A model generated the notes under the pieces. The model saw only the letters and a program-made list of their open reading frames with translations. It had not been told where the DNA came from and did no database searches. This document shows positions 1-8,679 of a stretch of 64,000 nucleotides of DNA, in pieces; within the stretch, counting starts at the first letter, position 1, and the number at the start of each line of letters is the position of its first letter. The position numbers were made by a program, and so were the translations under genes. The stretch is from IMG/VR virus record IMGVR_UViG_3300037067_016725, positions 32,001 through 96,000 of that record; one strand, written 5' to 3'. Source of the DNA: a virus. Lineage: Duplodnaviria > Caudoviricetes.

Positions 1-2
1 AC

Positions 3-1646
3 TCTGACGTGCTAGTCTCGAAGGGGTGGATCCATGGATTGGTAGCTAAAATGGATGGAGTGGACAGACTCGCTGCTTGCGGGGTCCTTTCCAATTGTGA
101 TAGCGGGTGGCTTTTCAATGCCCCCGGAAGACCAAGTTACTCTATGGAAGTTTCTGGAGCAGATCTTACCCTAAGGCCTGGGATGGTTCTAAACGAGATA
201 ATGCCCAAGCTGGATAGCTTGAATCTTTACATGGAAAAAAGCAACCAAGAAAAGAAGGGTGCATATACTCCTCAGCCCTGGGTGGCCTACTATGCCACAA
301 TCTTTGCAAGGTCTGCTTGGGAAGAAGTAGGAGATTTAGACACCGCCTTTAAGAATGGTTGTGAGGATCTTGACCATTGCCGCAGGCTCACTGAACTAGG
401 TTACCAGATCGGACAGGCTATGGATTCCTTTGTGTTCCATTTTGGAGGGATAAGCAGAGGAGCCTATCAAGAGGTAAATAGAGAAGAGTATGACAAGGAA
501 GATGTCTACAACCATGTTCTGTATAAGAACAAATGGAGTAAAAAGAGAGTTGTTATCTATACCGGCCCTGCTTGGGAAAAGTGGGATAGGGCCACGGTTG
601 ATAAGGGAATGGCTGGTTCAGAAACATGGGCTGCGGAGCTAGGTGCCTCTTTCGTTAAGAAGGGTTTCGAGGTAACAATTTTCAATGATTGCCCGGTGAG
701 TGGAGAGGTGGATCGCTACGGGGTGATCTACAGGGACCATAGCACCATGAGGGAATGGTTGAATGATAAGGTAGTAGACCATATGATCCTATCTAGGACT
801 TGTGAACCATTAAAGTGGTTTAAGTTACACAGCAAGAGAGTGGATGTTATGGTCCACGACGTATTCCTCAGTCAGGATAGAAACTATGATACAAGACAAT
901 GGGAAGTGTCCAAGTTTGCCTGCTTGAGCGATTGGCATGTAGATTTCTTCTCTCAGCACCATAACATAGGGAAAGAGAAAATTCTTCTCTCTGCAAATGG
1001 GGTGAGACCCGAACTGTACGCCAATGCAAAGAATGCTCAGAAGAAAAATATGGCTGTATACAGCTCCTCACCTGATAGAGGCCTTTATCATCTCCTGCAG
1101 ATGATGCCAGAGATCCGTAAGGAAGTACCTGACTTTGAGCTGGTGATCGCTTACGGGTTTCACAACTGGAAATCTGCTGCAAAGAGCAGGAATAACCCTG
1201 AAGAGCTTGAGTACATCGAGGCAATAGAGAAGTTGATAGATACCCAGCCTGGGGTAAAGTACGTCGGGCGTGTGGACAAGGAAACATTAGCTAAATACCA
1301 ATGTGAGTCCAAAGTATGGCTCTACCCTACCTGGTTTAGCGAGACCTTCTGCATCACCCTGGCAGAAAATGGTATGGCAGGTAATGCTGCAGTGACAGTA
1401 CCCTATGCCGGCATACTTACTGTAGGTGGGGAAGCCCCTGTTTATATTAAAGGTCCTGAAAGTCTGCATCCCTCTAAATGGAGCACTTCAGAGGGGTTTG
1501 CTCAGAAATTTGTGGAAGCTACCGTGAGCATTCTAAAGGATGATGCCCTTAGGTTGGAGCTGGCAGACAAGCTTTCTAGACAGGTTTCAAAATACACTTG
1601 GGACCAGGTGGCCGATAGTTGGCTGAAGGAGTGGGGGCTCCTATAA
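3..1646 (+). CDS. Two-domain glycosyltransferase (GT2-like N-part plus GT4/GT-B C-part), 5' truncated by window edge
   Basis: Frame is open from position 3 (SDVLVSKGW); GT2-type GCEDLDHCRRL and FVFHFGG; GT4-type YSSSPDRGL, GRVDKETLA, ETFCITLAE (E-x7-E), YTWDQVA. Confidence 0.85.
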   Translation, partial: SDVLVSKGWIHGLVAKMDGVDRLAACGVLSNCDSGWLFNAPGRPSYSMEVSGADLTLRPGMVLNEIMPKLDSLNLYMEKSNQEKKGAYTPQPWVAYYATIFARSAWEEVGDLDTAFKNGCEDLDHCRRLTELGYQIGQAMDSFVFHFGGISRGAYQEVNREEYDKEDVYNHVLYKNKWSKKRVVIYTGPAWEKWDRATVDKGMAGSETWAAELGASFVKKGFEVTIFNDCPVSGEVDRYGVIYRDHSTMREWLNDKVVDHMILSRTCEPLKWFKLHSKRVDVMVHDVFLSQDRNYDTRQWEVSKFACLSDWHVDFFSQHHNIGKEKILLSANGVRPELYANAKNAQKKNMAVYSSSPDRGLYHLLQMMPEIRKEVPDFELVIAYGFHNWKSAAKSRNNPEELEYIEAIEKLIDTQPGVKYVGRVDKETLAKYQCESKVWLYPTWFSETFCITLAENGMAGNAAVTVPYAGILTVGGEAPVYIKGPESLHPSKWSTSEGFAQKFVEATVSILKDDALRLELADKLSRQVSKYTWDQVADSWLKEWGLL

Positions 1647-1655
1647 TCTGCTAAT
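1643..1655 (+). promoter_or_regulatory. Putative phage late promoter motif ATAATCTGCTAAT
   Basis: One of 8 intergenic copies; overlaps the stop codon of the glycosyltransferase. Confidence 0.65.
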
Positions 1656-1688
1656 GGTAAAAGAACTTCAAAAGTAGAGGTTATTTGT

Positions 1689-2357
1689 ATGGCATCAGTT
1701 TTTCTTCAGTTGAAGCAGCTCTATGATGATAGGGCAGAATTGTTCTTTGACAAGGTTATAGCAACACCGGCTATCTCCTATGTCAACATCTACGTTAGCC
1801 TGGGGGAATTCGCCACATACTATCTGGCGAAGGAAATGGTTTCTAATGTGTCTGCTCGGCAGGCATCCAATCCCCAGGTAAGTTTTGATTTAACCTTGGA
1901 AGAAGTCCAGGCGGCAGATGCCTCTTTGGCAAGTGCCTCCTTCAGTGGGACCATGCTTTTTGTAAAAGCCACCATGGTCGATGTGGAGGGTGCCGAGAGT
2001 GATATCACTGTTGCTACCGCCAAGTCCTTAGGTACTGTAGGGGTGAGAAGGTCTATGACCCAGGACAACCCTGCAAAGTCTGCATACTTGGCAGGATTGA
2101 GCCAGGCGGCAAAAGGGTGGGGCCCTGTGGCGATGTCCTCTTTAGGGGCTATCCATGTATCCCAGATTCCTTTCTATGAGGATGAGTTTGTTATTGAGAG
2201 AACTTTCTCCGGTTCTAATATTGCCACAGAGACCATCTACTTGAAGAATGACCCCGTGGGAGCAAGGGCTCTACTTATTTCCTACTCATCCTATAATGGG
2301 ACACTTGCTGGGAAGGTGGAATACTCCTTTACCACAAGGCCCGCACCAACTCCCTGA
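1689..2357 (+). CDS. Hypothetical protein, probably virion-associated (222 aa)
   Basis: ORF with GAGG RBS downstream of the late motif; beta-rich composition. Confidence 0.6.
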   Translation: MASVFLQLKQLYDDRAELFFDKVIATPAISYVNIYVSLGEFATYYLAKEMVSNVSARQASNPQVSFDLTLEEVQAADASLASASFSGTMLFVKATMVDVEGAESDITVATAKSLGTVGVRRSMTQDNPAKSAYLAGLSQAAKGWGPVAMSSLGAIHVSQIPFYEDEFVIERTFSGSNIATETIYLKNDPVGARALLISYSSYNGTLAGKVEYSFTTRPAPTP

Positions 2358-2370
2358 TAAAGTGAAACTC

Positions 2371-2399
2371 AGCCTATAATCTAGTATTATGGGCTTTTT
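2371..2399 (+). terminator. Hairpin plus U-tract containing a variant late-promoter motif (ATAATCTAGTATT, 2376-2388)
   Basis: AGCCTATAAT/ATTATGGGCT stem (one G-U) followed by TTTT. Confidence 0.5.
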
Positions 2400-2487
2400 G
2401 CTTGTGCAAAAACACAAAGCCCAGTAAACTTAGCACCAAAGGTGGGGGTAGGTTTTAAGGGTTTAACCAGAAACTAAGAGGTCAATT

Positions 2488-2814
2488 ATGGCTGTTTCTA
2501 AGTATACCGTTCTGAGCTACTCCGGTACCAACTACGGTGCTCTTTACCTGGAAGACATTGGTGTTCGTCCTCAGCTCGGAAGGGGCGTGATGGGCAAGAT
2601 TGGCCAGGACATTGTGATCAACCCCGGTGACATCATCGCTGTTGTTACTACTGGCGACGTTCTTCTTTCCCGTGAGAAGGGTACTCTCAAGAAGTACTCG
2701 GATGCAGTCATTGCAACCGATGTTGACTCCTTGGCTGGTATCACTGGTCTGCCTACTCGTGCCGCGCTGACCAACCGCAAGGCCGATCCTGCTATCACCA
2801 TCGGCGACTTCTAA
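2488..2814 (+). CDS. Small, probably abundant virion protein (108 aa; decoration-like, unassigned)
   Basis: GAGG RBS, own motif upstream and strong hairpin downstream; codon choice resembles sheath and tube genes. Confidence 0.55.
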   Translation: MAVSKYTVLSYSGTNYGALYLEDIGVRPQLGRGVMGKIGQDIVINPGDIIAVVTTGDVLLSREKGTLKKYSDAVIATDVDSLAGITGLPTRAALTNRKADPAITIGDF

Positions 2815-2842
2815 CCGTAGGGCTTAGCAGATCCTGAATGAC

Positions 2843-2871
2843 AAGGCTCCCCTAGTGATAGGGGAGCCTTT
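2843..2871 (+). terminator. Rho-independent terminator-like hairpin
   Basis: Perfect 12-bp stem AAGGCTCCCCTA/TAGGGGAGCCTT with GTGA (GNRA) loop; U-tract is short. Confidence 0.75.
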
Positions 2872-2960
2872 CCATATTCTATAAATATCAGGTTTCTTCT
2901 TCATTAACAAGAAACCTCAGCATTGGGGTATGAATAATACATTCTTACAAGGAAATAACG

Positions 2961-3227
2961 ATGTCTGAACAAGTAGACGAATACAAAACTTGTGACATGT
3001 ACCAGGCTGCTAGTTTAATGGCTGCCGGTTGCAAGATGTCTAGGTACACAGCAGAAAGGGGAAGAGTTTACTTCCATCTGGATAACAGGGCAGGGTTAGT
3101 TTCGGGATTGGTTCGAGAGTACCTAGCCCACAGACTGCAGGTAGATGCCCTTTCTCTTGTGGATCATGCTAGATCTCTAAAATCCCTCTGTGGTGAGCTT
3201 ACTGGTAGCCGAGGCCCCAATGCTTAG
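2961..3227 (+). CDS. DUF5659-like small phage protein (88 aa)
   Basis: Pattern YKTCDMYQAASLMAAG...GRVYFHL; AAGGA RBS. Confidence 0.6.
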   Translation: MSEQVDEYKTCDMYQAASLMAAGCKMSRYTAERGRVYFHLDNRAGLVSGLVREYLAHRLQVDALSLVDHARSLKSLCGELTGSRGPNA

Positions 3228-3672
3228 TTATGATGAAGTCTATGCCGCCCTCAAAGAAGCTAGGACAAAGGTCTCTTTTGGGGATCCTATTGTTGCCGAA
3301 GTCCATGACTCCGGTAACAAAGAAGTGGTAGGGATCGAGGAAGAAGACTTTGTAATATACGTCCAATTGGCTGTTCCCTATACAGGTGCTATTCCTGAGG
3401 AGCATAGGGTACTGAATGCCCTAATGTCTGACTATATTTCTTCCCGGGTAAAGAACTTGGAAGTGATGCTGAATAAGCCAGTACTAACCTTTTTATCCAA
3501 TGAATATAAAGGTGTGGCGGATTATAGCGAGCTTCTACAAGGTATGGAAGATTTTCTCTGGGAAGATCAAGTAGACTATGTCCCTCTTGTAGATGCCCCC
3601 AATAAAAAAGTGTATGTGACACTGGAGCTCATGCTGGCTATGGAGCATACTGGGGACGAAGGCCAGGCCTGA
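3220..3672 (+). CDS. Acidic hypothetical protein (150 aa)
   Basis: ATG at 3220 with GAGG upstream preferred over the 3190 start. Confidence 0.65.
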   Translation: MLSYDEVYAALKEARTKVSFGDPIVAEVHDSGNKEVVGIEEEDFVIYVQLAVPYTGAIPEEHRVLNALMSDYISSRVKNLEVMLNKPVLTFLSNEYKGVADYSELLQGMEDFLWEDQVDYVPLVDAPNKKVYVTLELMLAMEHTGDEGQA

Positions 3673-3674
3673 GG

Positions 3675-3687
3675 ATAATCTCCTAAT
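3675..3687 (+). promoter_or_regulatory. Putative late promoter motif ATAATCTCCTAAT
   Basis: Intergenic copy of the repeated motif. Confidence 0.65.
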
Positions 3688-3705
3688 CCTTTTAGGACAG
3701 GCAAT

Positions 3706-4215
3706 ATGCCTGTCTATACACCATCTCTCCAGGCAAGCGTCTTGGAGTCTAGTCCGGTGACGACTGGTTTCTACATAGAAGATCCAGCTAAACCAGGACA
3801 GACCCCTCCTGCCATGAAAAGGAACCCGGATCTTCCTGTCTTTTATCATGGCCAATTCCTAGAAGATAAAGACCTCAATATCATATTTTGCAGCCAGGGT
3901 ACTCTAGGTTTAGAACCCTTGCAGTTATCCTATGCAGTAGGTTTCTTTTATGAGGGTACAGATAGGTTTAGCCCCATAGGTAACCCCAACAGAGAACCTC
4001 TATTTTTGAGAGTAGGCAGATATCGCCCTTCTTTCATTGTTGGGGATAAATGGTACACAGGAAGGTACGCCATTAGGTGGACATATACCTTGCTTCATGA
4101 AGACACACCAAGGGAGACCTGGTCCCTGTTTTGGTTGGATACTGAAGGAGTGCTGGATAAAAAAGCCAGTATGCCATTATTTGATTTACCCGCCACAGTG
4201 GTTGTTATACCTTAA
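3706..4215 (+). CDS. Virion accessory protein with Ig-like domain, paralogous to the N-terminus of 4547..5461
   Basis: Visible alignment FYHGQ..DLNI..EPLQLSY..GRYAIRW versus FQKGQ..DLKI..DPYSISY..GDWVIRW. Confidence 0.6.
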   Translation: MPVYTPSLQASVLESSPVTTGFYIEDPAKPGQTPPAMKRNPDLPVFYHGQFLEDKDLNIIFCSQGTLGLEPLQLSYAVGFFYEGTDRFSPIGNPNREPLFLRVGRYRPSFIVGDKWYTGRYAIRWTYTLLHEDTPRETWSLFWLDTEGVLDKKASMPLFDLPATVVVIP

Positions 4216-4225
4216 GAGGATATAT

Positions 4226-4531
4226 ATGCAGGAAAACAATTCAATTTTCGAAGAAGCTTCTGACAATAAGAAAGATGAAAACGCTAGAGAGGTTAGAGTG
4301 ATAACTCCAGAAATTGCCTCAGCAATAGATGGTGTTCAAGTCAAAGAGGTAAAGGTGGCCTCCAACACGGACCTCTCGTCTTTGACTAAAAACCGAAAGA
4401 ATGACAATCCCCAGGGGATGCCAAACAACAAGACAGATGAAATGCTTTCCTTTATTGGAAAAGAAGCTTCGGTGGATGGGGCGTTTGGTGGTTTTGAAGT
4501 TACTGAAGATCTCAAAGGGCTTTACCTGTAA
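4226..4531 (+). CDS. Small hydrophilic protein (101 aa), candidate internal head protein
   Basis: GAGGA RBS before ATG 4226; KVAS and KEAS motifs. Confidence 0.6.
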   Translation: MQENNSIFEEASDNKKDENAREVRVITPEIASAIDGVQVKEVKVASNTDLSSLTKNRKNDNPQGMPNNKTDEMLSFIGKEASVDGAFGGFEVTEDLKGLYL

Positions 4532-4546
4532 GTAAAGGGGTTCTTC

Positions 4547-5461
4547 ATGAGTGTGGCATTCCAAAAAGGCCAGGCTACTGGCGCTAGCGACTTAAAGATA
4601 ACCATAAGGGATTCCATGGGGAACTTGGCAGACCCCTACTCGATCTCCTACTCCGTTTTTGATTTTACATCAGGAGTAGAGGTACTTATGGGGGAGCCTA
4701 ACCAGATCCCTGAGTCTACGGGGGTTGGTGAGTTCTATGCTCACGTAACTATACCCCTGGATGCCAACATAGGAGACTGGGTAATTCGTTGGAGTTTCAT
4801 GGAAACTGTGAACTCTCCTATACTGCAGGCTATCCAAAATTTTAATGTAGTAGATTCCTCTACCATTGTGTCCGCTTCTAGAGGTTTCCAGAGACCCCAA
4901 CTGTCTTTCCTTGATAGCCTTATCAGGAGACTTCGAATCTCCTTAAGGGATAACAACCCTGATAGAAACTATAGGTTCAGACCACCTAGCACTGAGAAAT
5001 TTCTCCAGACACAGACAGAAGTGTTTGGTTACATATGGGAAGATGAGGAGCTCTATTATTATCTGTTGGAAACCGTGTATGACTTTAACTCTGCCGGACC
5101 CGCAACGGATATAACCCTGGACTCCTTGCCTGACAATTGGTCCGCGGCCATTATTGTTGGTGCAGGGGCCCGAGCTTGTCGTGCCATAGCCCTGAACTGG
5201 ATTGCTGATGAATTTGACTACTCTATCTCCGGGGTATCCCTTAACATAGATAAGAGCTCTAAGTACATGGCAATGAAAGAGAACCTTGAGCAGAGTTATG
5301 ACAAGCTAAAAGAGGAAGCCAAGGAAACTATCAAGATTGTCAAGGGTCTTAAACAACCACGCTTCGGTATAGGTATCAATGCTGCTCTTGGGCCTTATAG
5401 TAGGGTAGGAGTGCAGTCCCGTAGGAACTATGTAAGCAGTGGCGGCGGCTACTGGATGTAA
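4547..5461 (+). CDS. Putative head-tail adaptor/neck protein with N-terminal Ig-like domain
   Basis: C-terminal helical connector-like pattern (IRRLRISLRD...WEDEELYYYL...DYSISGVSLNIDKSSKY); position before closure and tail genes. Confidence 0.6.
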   Translation: MSVAFQKGQATGASDLKITIRDSMGNLADPYSISYSVFDFTSGVEVLMGEPNQIPESTGVGEFYAHVTIPLDANIGDWVIRWSFMETVNSPILQAIQNFNVVDSSTIVSASRGFQRPQLSFLDSLIRRLRISLRDNNPDRNYRFRPPSTEKFLQTQTEVFGYIWEDEELYYYLLETVYDFNSAGPATDITLDSLPDNWSAAIIVGAGARACRAIALNWIADEFDYSISGVSLNIDKSSKYMAMKENLEQSYDKLKEEAKETIKIVKGLKQPRFGIGINAALGPYSRVGVQSRRNYVSSGGGYWM

Positions 5462-5470
5462 GGAGTCAGT

Positions 5471-5731
5471 ATGGCTTTTGAAGTAGAGACAAGAATAATA
5501 ACTGCCCAGGAAAAATTAGACGGGCATCTTACACTGGCATACACCCCGCTTGTTCCTGATGTGGTGTCTGTAGATCCGGAAGGTGGGCCTGCTCAGGAGT
5601 ACAACAGGGATTACTTTGTGAATGGTACTACCCTGTACTGGGATGATCCCTCTATTCCTGATTCGGATATAAAAAGTGTTTTGGGTGATGGGTATGCTGT
5701 TACTCTCAGGATCATGTACGAGAGGGCTTAA
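5471..5731 (+). CDS. Small beta-domain virion protein (86 aa)
   Basis: AAGGAG RBS; similar domain recurs in the next two genes. Confidence 0.6.
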   Translation: MAFEVETRIITAQEKLDGHLTLAYTPLVPDVVSVDPEGGPAQEYNRDYFVNGTTLYWDDPSIPDSDIKSVLGDGYAVTLRIMYERA

Positions 5732-7857
5732 TGGCTGACCTGTCTTTTTACATACCTAAGGATAAGGGTTTGGGGTACCATGTAGGAAGCCTGCCAAGTG
5801 TGGTAGGTCTTTCCTCCGTTGTTTTTACTGGTACAGGGATTCCGGTGGAGTCTGACAGCACCTGTGGTATGTATATCTCGGACAGTGACTATGCCAGCCT
5901 TACCTATCCCTTAACCTTTACAGCTACAGTTACTTCCTTGGTGGACAGCAGTGTTCTAACACATAACATCACCTTGGGGTTAGCTACAGTAAGTAGCACT
6001 AAGCTTTCCACGGTATATGTTAATCCAATAAATGGAAGCAACAACGCTGAGGGTACTGAGCTGGGGCCCATATCCTCCTTGGACTTGGCTCTAGAGAAGG
6101 TAAGGTATGCAGGTACAATCCTTCTGTATGAAGGTGGGTATGGGTCCAGGACTTTCGACCAGGTCCCTATAACTGTTAAGGCTCTTAAGGGTAATCTTCC
6201 TTTCTTTTTAGATATAACCTCTACGGTATCCTCCTCCTATACCTTTGAAGGTTTGACCTTTTTTGGTACGGGGTTGTCTGTAGAAGGGGATGACAGCGGG
6301 GTTGGAAGTCTAACCCTCCGAGGGTGCCAATGGCTGGGTGCAAGTTCTACCTTATCTTGTACCGGTTATAGATATCTGTCTGTAATGCAGAATTACATGA
6401 AGGGTGTCAGTGGTATTCACATAACGGTAAATAATGTTCAGGAAGCTGCATTCACATCTAATATGATCAGTGGCAGTGGTATAGGCTCTTTTATCGTGGA
6501 AGGAACTCATTACTTCACTCTGATGTACAATACGATAAACTATATAGGGACCTTCTCGCTACCAGATGTAGAGGGATCCACAGGTGTTGCCTCTGGAGGG
6601 GTGATCTACCATACCATTGACGAAGCATATACAAAGCAGATTGTGTTCCCTGCATCCTTCAACTACGATGGTCAAGGAAGGCCCTCTGTTGCCATAAATA
6701 TGTTGTCAGGAGCGGAACAGACTTACGGCTTGGATTGGGCTGCTTATGGAAGCATTATCTCTTGGGAAGGATTAGGTGGGGATAAGGACACCTTTGCCTC
6801 AGAAGAGGAAGCCCTGGAAAATGGTGCCTTTATGCCAGGGGATAAGCTCAGGATTATTTATCAGTTTGATGTTGCTGAAGCAAACTACACCTATCGTGTG
6901 GATTCCAACAATCTGACATCAATAGGTACTTTCCATTTTGGTACTTTCACTGCTCTTAATGTTTACTACAATAACTTTTTCAACACTTTTGTGGAAGGGG
7001 CAACTCTATCCACAACTAACATTACAGTAGACCCTTTATATACCAGTGCTATTACCGGTGATCTTTCCTTGCTCAGTGGCTCGCCTGATATCGGTGCAGG
7101 ACGCCCCTGGGATACAGGGAGCTTGAGTATTCCTAAGAATGCCCTTTACCAGAATATGCAGGATATTGCCTCTGCTAACCGCATACAGTTAGGGGTTACA
7201 GACATTGGTGCAAAAGAGACACTGCTTAACGTCCTGCTAAACACATCTCTGTCTGTTTTTATAAAAGAGGGTTCTTATGACCTTATCCGTTCAGGGACTG
7301 AAAGCAGTCCTATAAAAAGAGTCAGTGCTGCCATGAAGGGCAATTCCTCAAAACCGGTAAAGGTAATTCTTGGGGAAGAGACCCAAGGAGTATCCACGCG
7401 AAAGGATTACTTCGATGAGAAGGTTATAGAGCTTACCTCAGTACCTATAGGGGTAGCCGATATTCGGCCCGTAGTTGCTGATCTAGAGAAAAGTGACTAT
7501 GCCGTCATCAATCCAATGGACTCCTTTATACCTTATTCTTCCGATGAGGGTAAGGTGTTTGTGGCTCCTTCAGGTGATGATGATATTGGAGAAGGTACCC
7601 TGGAGAAACCTTACCGGACAATAGATGTGGCTATTGCAAAAAGTGCTGCACCCACCATCTGTGTTCTTGCGGGAAGCTACCCAATGTTTACGGGTGCTGC
7701 AGGCAGAACCCTTGTGTTTATCAAGAACATACAAACAATGGGGCCCGAGGATGCTTTCTTGTTTGATGGCTTTACTGCTGCCTCTTGGGTAATCACAGAA
7801 AGCACGGGTACTACCTACACTATAAACGATAGAAAGCTAACTATAGCCCACCCCTAG
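5731..7857 (+). CDS. Pectin-lyase-like/DUF1565 beta-helix virion protein (neck appendage or fibre-like)
   Basis: Two DUF1565-type starts (VYVNPINGSNNAEGTELGP; VFVAPSGDDDIGEGTLEKPYRTI) and C-cap DPLY..GDLSLLSGSPDIGAG. Confidence 0.65.
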   Translation: MADLSFYIPKDKGLGYHVGSLPSVVGLSSVVFTGTGIPVESDSTCGMYISDSDYASLTYPLTFTATVTSLVDSSVLTHNITLGLATVSSTKLSTVYVNPINGSNNAEGTELGPISSLDLALEKVRYAGTILLYEGGYGSRTFDQVPITVKALKGNLPFFLDITSTVSSSYTFEGLTFFGTGLSVEGDDSGVGSLTLRGCQWLGASSTLSCTGYRYLSVMQNYMKGVSGIHITVNNVQEAAFTSNMISGSGIGSFIVEGTHYFTLMYNTINYIGTFSLPDVEGSTGVASGGVIYHTIDEAYTKQIVFPASFNYDGQGRPSVAINMLSGAEQTYGLDWAAYGSIISWEGLGGDKDTFASEEEALENGAFMPGDKLRIIYQFDVAEANYTYRVDSNNLTSIGTFHFGTFTALNVYYNNFFNTFVEGATLSTTNITVDPLYTSAITGDLSLLSGSPDIGAGRPWDTGSLSIPKNALYQNMQDIASANRIQLGVTDIGAKETLLNVLLNTSLSVFIKEGSYDLIRSGTESSPIKRVSAAMKGNSSKPVKVILGEETQGVSTRKDYFDEKVIELTSVPIGVADIRPVVADLEKSDYAVINPMDSFIPYSSDEGKVFVAPSGDDDIGEGTLEKPYRTIDVAIAKSAAPTICVLAGSYPMFTGAAGRTLVFIKNIQTMGPEDAFLFDGFTAASWVITESTGTTYTINDRKLTIAHP

Positions 7858-7863
7858 GTATTT

Positions 7864-8679
7864 ATGTTCAAGATGAAAAGTAATGCCATATTCAAGAACA
7901 AGAACCTTGTGAATAACGAGGCGGAGGGGGTGTACCTTAAGTTTTCTGTATCCTCCTCGACTAACCCTGTGTTACTCAATGTTTCCTTGAAGAATCTTTA
8001 CCATAACATACAGTTTTCCATGACCCCTGAGAAATTGGGGATAGCGATAGCAACACCAACTAATAGTACCAACCTCGATGGAGACTCTTTGACTTCTGTT
8101 AGTGGACAGTCCCTGTTTCTACCTTGGAATGGGTCTTTTCCTGATACCATTGTTGAGCTACGTGTGAAGGGAAAGGACTTATCCGCAAAGATGTACTCCT
8201 CGACCTTTTCCAAAACAGTAGCCTATCATATGGAGCTAGATAGTCTGGGAGCACCCCTCTTTGACGGGTATGAGGGATGGCAAATTTATATAGACAGCGA
8301 AGGGGACCCCGTCTCTGAGTCAATTATTAGGAATCTTATTATTCTTGCAGGGGATATTGGGGAGATAGAAACCTACTCAATCGTTCAGGAATTTTTTGAC
8401 CTAACAGACTATATTGCTGCTCATAAGTTTGTTCACTTGAAATACGTCCCCAGTGGGAAGGTGGCTGTGAATATAGGGCAGGCAACAACACAAGGGCAGG
8501 GGGTAGACTTTGAGGTGACCTATAATACTCTCTCCTGGGGGAACATGGGGTTAGATACTCCGCTAATGAAGGCGGGGGTAGTTATAAGGGTTATCTATGA
8601 GACTGCCGGTTTGATAAGATATTCCACCAAACAGACCATAGGAAGAAATATTGTTTCCTTGAAGGGGCCAGGTGCATGA
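7864..8679 (+). CDS. Virion protein, beta-sandwich plus shared C-terminal beta module (271 aa)
   Basis: ORF; C-terminal region resembles 5471..5731. Confidence 0.55.
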   Translation: MFKMKSNAIFKNKNLVNNEAEGVYLKFSVSSSTNPVLLNVSLKNLYHNIQFSMTPEKLGIAIATPTNSTNLDGDSLTSVSGQSLFLPWNGSFPDTIVELRVKGKDLSAKMYSSTFSKTVAYHMELDSLGAPLFDGYEGWQIYIDSEGDPVSESIIRNLIILAGDIGEIETYSIVQEFFDLTDYIAAHKFVHLKYVPSGKVAVNIGQATTQGQGVDFEVTYNTLSWGNMGLDTPLMKAGVVIRVIYETAGLIRYSTKQTIGRNIVSLKGPGA

